Assembly (NCBI GenBank): GCA_000708835.1
Contig: DF237096.1
Span: 108,497 to 172,496 of the forward strand
DNA: 64,000 nucleotides
Source of the DNA: Klebsormidium nitens
Taxonomy: Eukaryota; Plantae; Klebsormidiophyceae
Direction: 5' to 3'
Below, in pieces: positions 49,540-61,351 of this stretch. Numbering within the stretch: position 1 is the first letter of the stretch; each line of letters opens with the position of its first letter. The translations under genes and the position numbers were made by a program. Under the pieces are notes generated by a model. It had not been told where the DNA came from and did no database searches. It saw nothing but the letters and a program-made list of their open reading frames with translations.

Positions 49540-51944
49540 CTACTGTAGAAAGAGGGCTTCGATGCTGCTGAGCCGGTCGAGAGCGTCTGCTGCACCTTGT
49601 TTGATCGTTGCAACACGAAGCTTTTCAAAGACAGACCGCATGTCTTTCTTGTGGCCGTTGCTAAGCAGCCGCAGCGTCAAGCTGAACCTTCCAGACTTGG
49701 ACAACGCCGTCAGAATGTTCAAGATCTTCTCGACGCAATCTCCGGCTTGCGGATCTGCCCTTCTCTCGTGCCCTTGTAACTCCGTCTTTTGGCTCTCACC
49801 CGAAGCGACTGAGCCAACATGCTGCTGACTTTCTGCTGCATCTTCCGGGCTTCCAGCGGGAATACTTTCTTGAACCGAAGTACTTTCAAAAGCTCCGTCT
49901 GCAGCTTCGCTTGCGAGAGAAGCAGCGTCCGCTCCCATGCCTATCTGAAGCGTCCCCCCACCCTTCTTTTTCCTAAAGCTATCGTCCAGACCCGGAAAAG
50001 CGCAAGTGAGTTCTTGCCTCTGTGGAGCCGCTACTGAAGTGTCCCTGTCCGTTTCGGAAGCGTTTCCGCTCCTCTTCCCGTTTGCTTCTCCTTCTTCTCT
50101 TAAAAGTGCTGACGGCCTCTGAATTGAAAGGGCGCCCATGGTCTTTTCCAGTGCGTTCGTCGTATCTCCGTCTGAAGAAGGGTTTCCCAAAGCGCGTCGA
50201 TCTGTGTCTGTATCCCAGCATTCGCTCAGAACTGAGAAGATCTCCCCGAGCAGGGCCGGGCGGATCTCCACCTTGAACAGCGGAAGGAGCTTCTCGGGTC
50301 CAATCGACATGAAAAGTCTGCACCAGATAAAGGTTCAAGTTCACTCTCTCAAACGATAAAGAAGCTTGAACGCAGCGAAAAGCAGATCAAAGATGAGACC
50401 CACGTGCGTTTTGACGAAGTCAGAGATCAAACAGTGGAACACTTCCCAAAAAAGGCTTTGATTGCTTTTGCGAGGTGCGGCAGGGGGGCTTTGAGCTGTG
50501 CAAGGGTCACAACAAACAGGAGAGCAACTTGACTGCCTTAGGGCCAGGCATTTCGAGGTTCAGGTTCAGAGAAAGGTAAAAGACAAGGGCACTGTGCTTG
50601 CTCCAGGAGGAGCGCAGGAAATCCCTCAGCAGTCCCCGCAGTGTAAGCAACTCTAAGAGTAAAACGTAAAGCACATCATCATCACTCTTGGAAGCTACCG
50701 CACATCCCCGGGCACGCAAGTCTGATCAGATGCTGACCAAGCTTCGGAAATCAGTAAAAGGATCTGATGCATTCTATCACTTGCTCTTCTTTCTCCAGGA
50801 CCTACAGTCCTAACTCTGAAACCGTGCTGACTCATAAGGAGCGTGACCGGCACAAACTCATCAGCTTCCAGAATCAGAACGAGGGAAGTGGATGCTAGCC
50901 ATCCTTCATCTTGCAAACCATCACTAGAGCTTGAAATCGCTTACCTCAGTCTGTCTTCTGCAGAGCCCTTCAAACTCCTCCATCGCTTCTGGAACTCCTC
51001 TGCATTCTTTGGCTCGTTGATCAAGCCACTCAACTGCTCTTCCGTTGCACAATTGCCTTCTGAGGGATTGAGCGTGAGAGCGTTGCCACTCAGGGAACCA
51101 TCCGCTGAGAACTTCCAAGCGGGGGAGCTGTGCAATTCAGCGGGTCTCCGGTACCATTCGTCCCGCTCGATAGGCTTTAGATGAGCAACGGAGACCATTG
51201 CCTGCAAGGAAGATGGTGTATAAAGAGGGTGGCTGAGTCCAGCCCTGTTTCTTACGAAAGATTTAGTGTCCTCTTCTCTAAGTATGGTTCTTGTAATATG
51301 CATGGGCAAATGAAATCTCTAGGGTCACACGAGATGATATCACCTGGTATGACGAAAAAGGGACTTCCGCAATTTAGAAAGCGGCACCAAGCTGATGTTT
51401 TGCCTGTTTGCAGCCATGAGAAGCTTTCACCACAGCAGCAACCCACTAGCTGGTTTAGCAGTTGGAAAGATGAAGCTCGAGTACTAAAGGCTAGGTGAGG
51501 TAAGCATGAAAAGGGATGTAGATAACCACCCTAAATCTTTGATACTTTCTTGGTCTTTGCGTTCAGGAGGTCTTAAAGGTAGACCTGATCAGGTGTCAAC
51601 ACCGGCTTAGACCAACTCTGCAAAATGTCGAAAGCACCAAAGAAGAGCCAGCTGGAGTGCACAGGGTTTTGGCAGCTCCAGCGCCGGTCCAAAAGTCGCC
51701 ACACAACCAGCACAAGTAGCTGAATCCCTACGCTCCGAGCTCCGGTTGCTCTCACCTGGAAGGTTTCGTAGTCGACATGCTGAGAGACGGCTCTCTTTTT
51801 GGCCGAGTCAATCGCCTTTCTCCGAGCGTCATCCTGGACTGCGGAAGCAAGCTCCTTGCTGAGTTTGATGCGGTTCCATGAAGCGGCAGTCCCTCCGGTC
51901 GCTGAGCTCCCTGCAGGAAGCTGCTCAATGGTGCAGCTCATCAT
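49540..51944 (-). CDS. CCDC103: CCDC103/DNAAF19 axonemal dynein assembly factor (Dynein_attach_N plus RPAP3_C), 3 exons
   Basis: Exons at about 51944-51756 (LSKELASAVQDDARRKAIDSAKKRAVSQHVDYETFQ), 51201-50945 (AMVSVAHLKP..PKNAEEFQKRWR) and 50317-49540 (LFKVEI..LL; LTALSKSGRFSLTLRLLS). Confidence 0.85.
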
Positions 51945-53254
51945 TACACTATCTGACATAGACAGCAAATAAGGCTGCCTCTGCAAGAGGTGGATGTCCT
52001 TTGAGAACGCCTCTGCAGCCACACTCAATCGAAGAACAGCAACCTTCCCACTACACAATCCGCCTGGAGCCCTCCACCTTCTCAGCTCCGGCACCTGAAA
52101 GTTCCTTCCCCCTACCAAATATTGTGAATTTGCAACATTGCCTTCACGCCTCGCTTGAAATCACCTAGCTCGAGACTCGAGAGTTGTGCAGTGTCATAAG
52201 TAACGTATGGCTTTCCTATATAGGCGCAGAGTACAAGTACCCACTGTAGTCTGTACTTCCAAGTCTCTACTTGATACTTATGCTGTGTGGCGGTTTCCAA
52301 AATGTGCTGTTCGCGCGCGTAGCACGGTGGACCCTTCGATCGGACGGCTGCTGAGCTCCTTTCAGTTCATCGTTCGGTCATAAGTAATTTTGCAGACGCG
52401 CCGCATGATCTGATTGAATAATGTCGGTAAATATAAATTCGTCTTAAGAGTAGACGAGCTCTGAGGGCTGTCTCCATGGCTCGATTCCTAGGTGAGCGAT
52501 CAAGAGTCAGCACGTTCCCTTTCGCTGGTAAGCCTCTTGTAACAACTTGACTTGATATCGAGATGCTTATTGCACATGATATATAACATTTTCAACATGC
52601 AAACGCTGCTTGAGAATTTTAATGCATGCCAACTGATGATCCTATTAAGTAATTGCATTTGTTGAAAGCATTAGCAACCCATGGTAAGGCTGCTTTCCCA
52701 TACATGCAGCAATCGGGCCAGCTATAAGTAAGTTTTTCATGTGGAAAGTCAGGTTGATCGTGAGACATGTATAATCTCTTGAAACCCATGGGGAAGATTT
52801 GAAAGAAGCGTCTGCGCGAGCATAAGCGAAATCGCAACAACTCGAGCGGACGGGCGCAACAGGTACACAATCCGGCGTGCAACTCATGCATGCTGGCAGC
52901 TCCTGCTGTGACGATATGGATTACCAATAACTGCATTATCCGTGTCGACGTGGATTCCAAGCCAGGTCTCGCCAATGTAATACGTAGTTGTCAATAGATC
53001 CATGGTCAACACGCCTCAATTGAAAACCATGGTCAAAACACTGTGGAGAAGCAAGATTTCGAGGAAGAGCAATCAGTAACAAGGCAGCAACTTTAGATTC
53101 AGAAAATGCCTGGGGCCACGGAAACATGATCAAACATACACATGTTTTGTAAAAGCTTCTTTCCCATTCAAGAAATATTAGCTGCTGCGCGGACTCAATC
53201 AGCATGTGCGTCGGGATACTAGCGTTCGTTATTCGACATGGAATTCCTGCGTCA

Positions 53255-56200
53255 CTATTGCTGAGCGCACTGCACCCGTTGCGGGCCATCCTCATCTTCG
53301 TCATATGCTTCGCGCTCCGCCTGGGCCTTCCTTCTCATCTCCTCCTCGATGTTCACGTCATGGAGGGTCGTCTCCTCGCACTCGTCTAACTCCATGTCCG
53401 TCAGGCCCATCGCCCTCTTTGGTGGCAGAACTGTTTCCAGAACCTGCACACAATGGAAAATGACCATAAAACGATCGCTTCGACTCCTTTGGCTAAGAAT
53501 TTTGAGCGAGTGCTGAGCAAAAGGAACGAAACAATGTAGTACGAGTCCTTTCAGCCTTCCATGGGATCCTGAAGTTGAGAGACAACTGAAACTTCCCCCC
53601 TGCGAAGAGCCCTGAAAGCTGCTCAATAAGGCGGCAGTAGATTCCGCTCGCTATCGATTAAGCACCCTCATACTAGCGCTGCATGTGGAGCTGTCCTCCA
53701 ACAGGAAGGGGACCGTCCGTTGACAGAACATTTAGACCTCGGTTCAATAACAAATCGTCTCTCTGTTATGTCCCCACAAGTCTGGCCCGGTCAGGATTGA
53801 GATCAGGCGACAAGCTCTTTCTACAGAGACGTCCCACAAAAACCGTCCTGGTCAGACTGAGAATCAGGCAAGTAGCACCTTCTATGCAAACGCCCACAAG
53901 AACTGTCCTGCCCAAGGTCGAAACTCAGGCAAAGAGCTTTGATTACAAAACAAGAACATAACCCCAAATAAAAAAAGTAAGGTCAGCATACCTTGATCTG
54001 TTCAAGGTTGAGCGAGCCTGGTTCCGGGAACTCGACGTTGAAATGGACGTACAGGCTGCCCTTTGTGAAGGGGCGCTGGTACTGAGGCATGCCCTCGTCG
54101 TGAATGGCCTTGAATTGATCTGCAACAAAGTTACCACGAATCAGGTCCCCGAAAGTTGTCGAGGGCTCAGTCCCGGAGCCTTTGCGAATAAAGGCAAGCG
54201 TGCTGCTTCTGCATTCCGGGCGAGCTGAGTTTCAATGCTCACGAATGCTAAAACGACCGGCTGTAAATCCGGTCAGCTTTATTACGACTTTGGAATCGTA
54301 CAGATCACAAAAGGGCTAACGTACCAATTGAAGCAGGCGCACAATGACGAGAAGCCGCCACAGCCTGCTTTGATTGGCAGACGCTCATTAATAGAACGTA
54401 AGAATCTGCAACAGAATCCTCACTCGCTACCTGTATCCCCGGCTCACATCAGCGCCCTACCTTTTTTTCTACGGCACCCTTGGTCGCAACCACAAATATT
54501 CGCCGCATACTTGCCAACGACGGTCACTTTCTTAGAAATCTAGAGAAGACCCTCCTCGATCAATGAAATGAGCCAGATCGTCAGATCAAGTAATTGGGCA
54601 GCCGGCGCCCTTCATGCTTGCTGCACGATGATTCCTAAACTGTCACGACGGGGCCGCACCTCCCTTGGCTGGATACCTCCCCCGCAAAAGCACCACCATT
54701 GACGGCCCGCATCTAAACACACCACTTTGCACTTCGGAGCGCTTTACTCTCTCCTTTACAATCAACTCAATAAGCAAGCCCTTGCAATCTAGAACAAACG
54801 ACCCAGGTTTGAGGCCAACCCAAACAACACCGTTACTGCTCAATCCACTTACTCGGCTTGATGATCTCCCCCGGTAGCGACTTGATGAGCAGCTGGCGGC
54901 CGTCGAGGTGCGTGACGGGGAACTGGAAACCGCAGAGCGCCTCCGTGAGGTTGATGTCCAGCTCGTAGAAGAGGTCGTCGCCCTTGCGCTTGAACTTGGG
55001 GTGCTCCTTCATTTGCAGCACGAACACAATGTCGCCCGTCACCGTGTCCGGCTGCCAAAGGCGCGAAGCGTGTCAGTCCAGGTTTCAGAGGCTTCGTTAC
55101 TCAAGTTTCAAATCTGGCTCTCGTTCGGTTCGGTTTCGGGGTCTTGTCACTGAGATCTGTCTCTCGTTCGATTCTTCGAGCGAAGCAGTGACCTTGTACT
55201 TGCTCCTTAATGTGCGGCGTTGACAAGAAGTCGTCCGTTGCTGATCCGGCTGCGCAGGGAGCCAAGTATGTGCGTCCACATGCTCGAAAGTTCAACTTTC
55301 AAATCTGATCTCAGAAGGTGTCGCGAAAATGCTCTGCTCTACTCTTTCAGTCGCAGCACACAAAAATGTGCGCTCTTCGTTGAGTCCTATTGCATGACTG
55401 GCGGGGCGGAGAAGTAGATCGCCAAAAATCAACAACGACAAAGTAACAGAAGTTGAACAGATCCAGATTCCGAAATCGGATCTCAGAAGGTCGGCAAAAA
55501 GGAGACCATGAGATTCTCCACCTTCTGCGAAAGGCTCTCCAAATCCAGTGCTCAGCTCCTCTCAACTTCCAAACCAGCACGTAAGGAGACGGAGAAGAAA
55601 CCAGCATGTAAGGAGACGGAGAAGAGGAGACACAGAGGGACAAGAACAAGCCAGGAACTCGCACGATTGCAGCGCTTACTCTCTCCGAATTGCGTTGGGA
55701 AGAAACGGACAAGGGAAACAACAGCAAGAAGAAAACGAAGAACTAGCGCTCACCATTTGGTCGGCCTCCCCTTGGAACGTGATCTTTTGGCCGTGCTGCA
55801 TGCCCTTCTCTATGTGCACCTCCAGGATCTTCTTCTCCTGCACCACCTTGTTGCCCCGGCACTGCGGGCACCGGTCCTTGTCGTCCAGCTTCTCGCCTGC
55901 GGGATCCCGGCAAGGGCATTTGAGTAACTTAAAAATGCCAAAACACAGCTTGTCTGATTGCTTTTCCGTCTTGAGTAGAAAAGTATTCTGACAAATGTCA
56001 AGTAAGCACTTCTCTGATACACCTTTTTAGGAAAGATGGTTCTGACCGGCAATCGTACGTGGAAAAGAAGCAAGACCTGGCCGACCCCGGCAATGATCTT
56101 CTCATCGACACCAGTGAGGAGGACAAGGGTACTCCGAAGAGATTTTCTGAGCAAGGAACAAGACTTGCGAGACACATGACGTGACAGGTCTGGACCTCCA

Positions 56201-58341
56201 AACTGGTCACACTTGAACAGGCAAGCTCTTTTGAGACAATGATCCATCGATGGTTAGGGAAGCAGGGAAGCACACATCTGGATGATGCCCCAACATCAAC
56301 CAATCCCAACATCAGCGATCCCCAATAATTCCCTGTCTTTTGATCCTGCCGGCAAAAAGTTGGATGATTCCCTACCACCGTAGATTTCCATGGATCCCTG
56401 TCCTCACATACCTGCCAGTGAAAAGTTGGATGATCCCCCAAAACCGAATCCCCTTTACTTTGCAACCAGCTGTCCAGATTGTTCAAACATCTGTCTATGT
56501 TTCAAAGCAATGCTACCTAGATGCAGCGCTCACCAGAGCCGGAGCATTCGTTGCACACCGTCTGCATCTGTTGGATCATGCCCGGCCCCAGCTGCCGAAT
56601 GGTGACCTTCATGCCCGAGCCCTGGCACCCGGGGCATCGCGTCATCTTCCCAGACTTGGAACCCTTCCTGCGAGAGACCAGATTGTATGTTTCAAGACAC
56701 TGAAACAAAAGCGAGAGAAACACTCAGATCAAGAAAGGTGAGGAACTCGTGGTCAGCATGCTATGACACTCTTGCGACGAAAAATCTGAAGCATGCCCCC
56801 CAAATCTGTAGGGATAGCTTAGCCCCATCTTGGTGATTGGCGATTGTGAGCAGTCTGACTACCCGTCTCCCCAAAATGCTCTACTTGCTGCCTGTACCGG
56901 CTGCTGATTCTTGAACACAAAACCCTAACTTTCACACAAGCCGCCAGCACACCCTGTCGGGGCTTGCCAGACAACTTTGCCAGCTGTGCAACTAGCTTCA
57001 ACGAACAGCCCTGCCTTCATTGTATCTTCCGCGCAGCTAGCATCCAGGAGATTAACCTCTTGTGTAACCACTCTACTTACTTGCTCGCATACTTCCAGTG
57101 GTTGCATTCATCAAAGAATTTGACTCCAAGGTCTTGAGACAAGAATGTGAAACTCACCCTTTGCACTTTCCGCAGATCACATTCCTTGACAGACTAAGCT
57201 TCCTCTGCGCCCCGTTGTAAAGATCCTCAAGCGTCACCTTGAGGGGATGCACCAGATCCTCTCCCCGCCGCTGCCTACGCCTGCCCCCACCTAGAACAAG
57301 AACACATAGCTTGAATGTTGCTGCTTTTCCTCGCTCCTCTAGTTTGCTTAAAAACAATACATCTCACGGACTTGTGCAGATTGTGGATGCGAGTATAAAA
57401 ACCTTGTGCTTCACCTTGCCATGCCCTATTGATTTGCAGCCTTCGATTTTGCAAAAAAACTTGAAGAACAACTTAAACTTTACTTATGATGCAAAATACC
57501 TCCACTGAACAGCAGCCAGATAGAGTTGGTGACTGCAGCCTGGCCCAGAACTGACCTTTTGTTCCATTTTTGAGCCGGCCATTACCAGGGATCATTAATC
57601 TTGCTGCAAAACCTTGCGAGCCATGACATTCCAGGTGCATGCAAATTGTAGCTCACTGACAGCTTGTTTGTTCAAAGTACATCAGTATTCTATTTTGCTT
57701 CCTGAACCCATAAACAAGAAGGATTCTTAGGAAACGTACCCATCCCACCACCCATCCCGCCAAACGGATGGCCCCCGCCACCGAAGAACTGCTCAAAGAT
57801 GTCGAATGCACTATGAGAAGGTCCCCCTCCCATCCCATCCTTAAGGGCCTCCTCTCCATACTCGTCATAGATCTGGCGCTTCTCGGGATCGCTCAGGACC
57901 TCATAAGCCTGGCCCAGCTCCTTGAACTGCGATGGCAGCGAACACGAACATGCTCGGTCAGTCCGTGAGCGAAACGAGCGAGTAGTTGACAGCATCTCGG
58001 AAGAACCTGCTGAGACCAACAAACTCATGAACAAACATATGTAAAGACTGACTAGGGCCAGACAAACAGAGCGAGAAAGGGCCAAGTCTTGTAGTGAAGC
58101 GATGCAAGGAGGGATGCTGATTTTCTGGAAGGCTGAAAATCAGGAATGCATTGCACGAGGGCACGAGCGGATGCAGTGCTTCATGAAGTACCTTCTCGGC
58201 ATCCCCTCCCTTGTCCGGATGGTTCTGGATTGCCTGCTTGCGGTACGCTTTCTTCAGTTCGTCTGGAGAAGCACTCTTTGGCACCCCCAGGATGTCATAA
58301 AACCGCTGACTGTCGCCCTTTTTGGGCATACGTCCAAACAT
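53255..58341 (-). CDS. J3: Cytosolic type I DnaJ/Hsp40 (ATJ2/ATJ3, DNAJA orthogroup), farnesylated, 8 exons
   Basis: Exons 58341-58192, 57926-57740, 57290-57158, 56667-56534, 55896-55754, 55051-54853, 54119-53992 and 53443-53255. J-domain with HPD, a G/F region, four CxxCxGxG-type zinc repeats, and a C-terminal CAQQ CaaX motif. Confidence 0.96.
53770..53940. repeat. Degenerate ~61-bp minisatellite (3 units) in the last DnaJ intron
   Basis: CCCACAA..TCCTG/GGCCCG..TCAGGC units begin near 53770, 53831 and 53892. Confidence 0.7.
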
Positions 58342-58633
58342 GGTGTCCCACTATAAGAAGGAGCCCTCTTCACAAAGAGTGCGCCTGAAAGCACAACAGT
58401 CAGATCTAGATCCTCAAAACTTGGCCACTCCGCAAAGATTACCAGGAGCGGCAGGCACACCTCGCTTCACAAAACTTCCCTTGAACCTGGACTCCCGGTT
58501 CGCCGACTTCTGAGGAGAAGGCCAGCGCGATGAACACCCTAGCTGAATGGAGCATTCCTGTCCTGCGCTCAGCGCACAAACTGCTGATCAGACTGACCTG
58601 CTGTGCAAGAGGTGGTAAAGGTTCGCTCCTGAG

Positions 58634-58648
58634 TTTCCAGAAAGTTCG
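58634..58648. promoter_or_regulatory. Perfect three-box heat shock element upstream of DnaJ
   Basis: tTTCcaGAAagTTCg matches nTTCnnGAAnnTTCn, about 300 bp upstream of the DnaJ ATG. Confidence 0.7.
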
Positions 58649-59904
58649 CCTCAGATTCAACCGTCGGCCACCATTACCATAACTTTACCGTGGATGGGAA
58701 TATGATATCAAATATCTGACGGCCAGTGTTTGCGGAGTAGTCTAGCTTCGAGCCGTCCAACGACAAACTGAAAGATCCAACGGTCAATTCTTTGCAGAAC
58801 AAAAGAGAATTGGCGGGTACGCTCAATTGAAGTTGCAGGGCTGAGGCTGCTCTGGGAGTGCCAGCTCAACCGTTTTGCAAGCGCTACAGCCTAGGAGTCT
58901 ACGACTACCGTACCGACCAACCCATTTCGCATCATAAATAATTATTTGGGGGGGTGTGCGAAAACATAAAATAATTCTCAACGCTGGACTGCGAAATCGC
59001 AGAAAATTCGCAAAATTCGGCCGACCGCAGATACCTATATGGATATTTGTCGAAAAAATAAATAAATAAAAATAAAAATAAAATAAAAATCGGTGCCGCC
59101 CTGTCTGCATGCTTGCACACAGACTTGAAAACTGGACCCGTTAAAAACCACAGAAAGAGGAGCTCCCTTTCTTACGTACTTGTTTCCAATGATCATATCG
59201 TGCCATGGAACGATATCTAAAACCATATAATGATCAGCAATCGCACTTCGAGATCATTAAGGTAAAAAGGTACTCTACTCTCCTCATGTAGGTACTTGAA
59301 TGAGCTTCGAATCCGATGCCAGGCAGCTTGACTTGACATTTGCTTCGAATCTGCTTCGATCTTACGAAAGGAAGATTTTCGTCTGTGTTCTTGAATGACT
59401 TTATCAGGCTGGTTCCGTGCTGCTGGAAAAGGCCCTGGAAAGTCTCGGAATTGCTTCGTGAACCAGAAAACCAAAGTTCCAAGTATTCAATGGCACCCCC
59501 TTCATTCGATGACTGAATCCGTATCAAAAGAACACCTACTGAAGCTGGAAGTTTCAATCTTGCACAAGCCAGCAACTGATCACAAACCGTAGGTAACCTC
59601 GAGTCTGTACACTCTGCTTTGTCAACGTGATTGCTCCTGGGATGAGTCGAACCAGGTCTGGTGCTCAAAGCACCAGATGCACCGACAGCAAGCAATCTGA
59701 ATGTTTTTTTTGTTCTTGAAAGTCCAATTTGTGAACTTCGAAGTTCACTTCTGCCCTCCTCGCAGCTGACACTGAAAGATCTGACTGGCAAACACAGTAT
59801 CCTTGACCTACAGTCCAACTCGAAGGGTATAACGTCCAAAGCTAGTTCCAAAAATCGTCATCGCTAAGGTCGAGATCGGACTGGAGCTCCATGTCTTCCA
59901 GCTC

Positions 59905-60097
59905 NNNNNNNNNNNNNNNNNNNNNNNNNNNNNNNNNNNNNNNNNNNNNNNNNNNNNNNNNNNNNNNNNNNNNNNNNNNNNNNNNNNNNNNNNNNNNNNN
60001 NNNNNNNNNNNNNNNNNNNNNNNNNNNNNNNNNNNNNNNNNNNNNNNNNNNNNNNNNNNNNNNNNNNNNNNNNNNNNNNNNNNNNNNNNNNNNNNNN
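59905..60097. other. Assembly gap (N run)
   Basis: Run of Ns. Confidence 1.
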
Positions 60098-61127
60098 GAG
60101 CAAGGAGTTCCTCGTGGGAAAGCCACCGCATCTTCAGAAGGTACGGACTGCAGCAGCACCTTTCTCACACGGAGAAGGCAGCCGTGCGTTTGGGGGGAAG
60201 CACCACCGCTTCCCGACGTGCCTTGGCGTAGGCTGATTGGCAGCCTGCAGGGCAGCAGTTTGGCATCATTGGATGCGCGGTTTGGCGCCTTAGAGTTCAG
60301 ATCTGAGGCTTGTTTCAGCAGACTGTGAGAGCACCACAAGAGGCGGCCTGCTTTGTTTGGCCTCTTGGCAGTAACAGGGCTGCCTAGGGCTGATTTGCGG
60401 CGTCATTCTTGGCGTGTAGACGTTGTTTCTGCGGGTTCTGCCTAGGATTTCTGGTTCCTAGGGCTGGTTGCTGTCGGGCGCTGCCTTGTTTAGCGCACAG
60501 GGACTGTTTGATCGCATTTTGCGCAGGGTTTCCAGCAGGGTTTTTCCCTCAGGGCTGATCTGCTGTTAGGCGCCTTTTCATGCGCGCCTGGAGACTGATT
60601 TAGAGGGAGTTGCGCCGTATTTTGCCGCGCTTCTTGCAGTTGACAGCAGCCTGATTCAGATCTGGCCCCTCAGCAATTGCAGCGTCCAGCTTAGCACGTT
60701 TGGGAGCGTTTTTGAGAAGGGTTTTCCGCCTCAGTGCTGGTTGCTGCTAAGCACACCTTTTCTTGGTGGCAGCGGACTGTTTTGGCGCACGTTGCGCAGC
60801 GTTTGAGTGCATATTCTGCTGCCGTCAGCAGTGCCCGTCAGATCTGATTCTTTTGAGACCTGCATCATTGCCTTTGAGCATTTTGGGCAGGGTTTCGGCA
60901 GTCAGGACTGCCTTGCTGGTTTACGTGTCTTCAGCGTTTTAGCAGGGACAGCAGGTCTGATCCTGTGCCAGCGCGTCGTTCCTGTGATCGTCTTTCTTAC
61001 ACAGGGACTGCAGCCTACTTTGGAGCGGCAGCGCCGCTGAGTGTCAGGACTTACACATCCTGTACTGACGTGCTCTGCATTCTTGCGCACTAATATTTTG
61101 TGAGACATCCGCTGAAAATGGCAGGAC

Positions 61128-61330
61128 ATGGCGAACAACGAGGAGCGCGCCCCTGCAACCCCCGTTGAGGACGACGCTGACGACAACTTCAGCGACCTTA
61201 ACGTGGACGAGGAAGAAGAAAACCCTCAAGATCCTGCAGCTACAGGGCAGCGCCAGCGCAATCGCCGCAATCGCCATCGCCGCCGTGGTCGACGCAACAA
61301 CCACGGTCAGGGCAACAACAACCAGCAGGG
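61128..61330 (+). CDS. Putative Gag N-terminus (acidic, then Arg-rich), interrupted by a gap
   Basis: MANNEERAPATPVEDDADDNFSDLNVDEEEE..RQRNRRNRHRRRGRRNNH lies just upstream of the gap that precedes the protease ORF. Confidence 0.55.
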
Positions 61331-61350
61331 NNNNNNNNNNNNNNNNNNNN
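61331..61350. other. Assembly gap (20 N, likely placeholder length)
   Basis: Run of Ns inside the presumed gag. Confidence 1.
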
Positions 61351-61351
61351 G

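Noticed and set aside
48780-53250. CATG/RY-motif-rich intergenic patches (also near 5620 and 25150-25300)
   Set aside because: Enrichment was not quantified and no element boundaries were found.
58836-59103. Possible hAT/MITE with CAGGGC terminal inverted repeats
   Set aside because: Only 6 bp of TIR match, and there is no target-site duplication.
60090-60110. GAGCAAGG just after the gap, resembling the tail of an initiator-Met PBS (TGGTATCAGAGCCAGG)
   Set aside because: Only 7 of 8 bases match, and the diagnostic TGG is hidden in the Ns, so it cannot be called.
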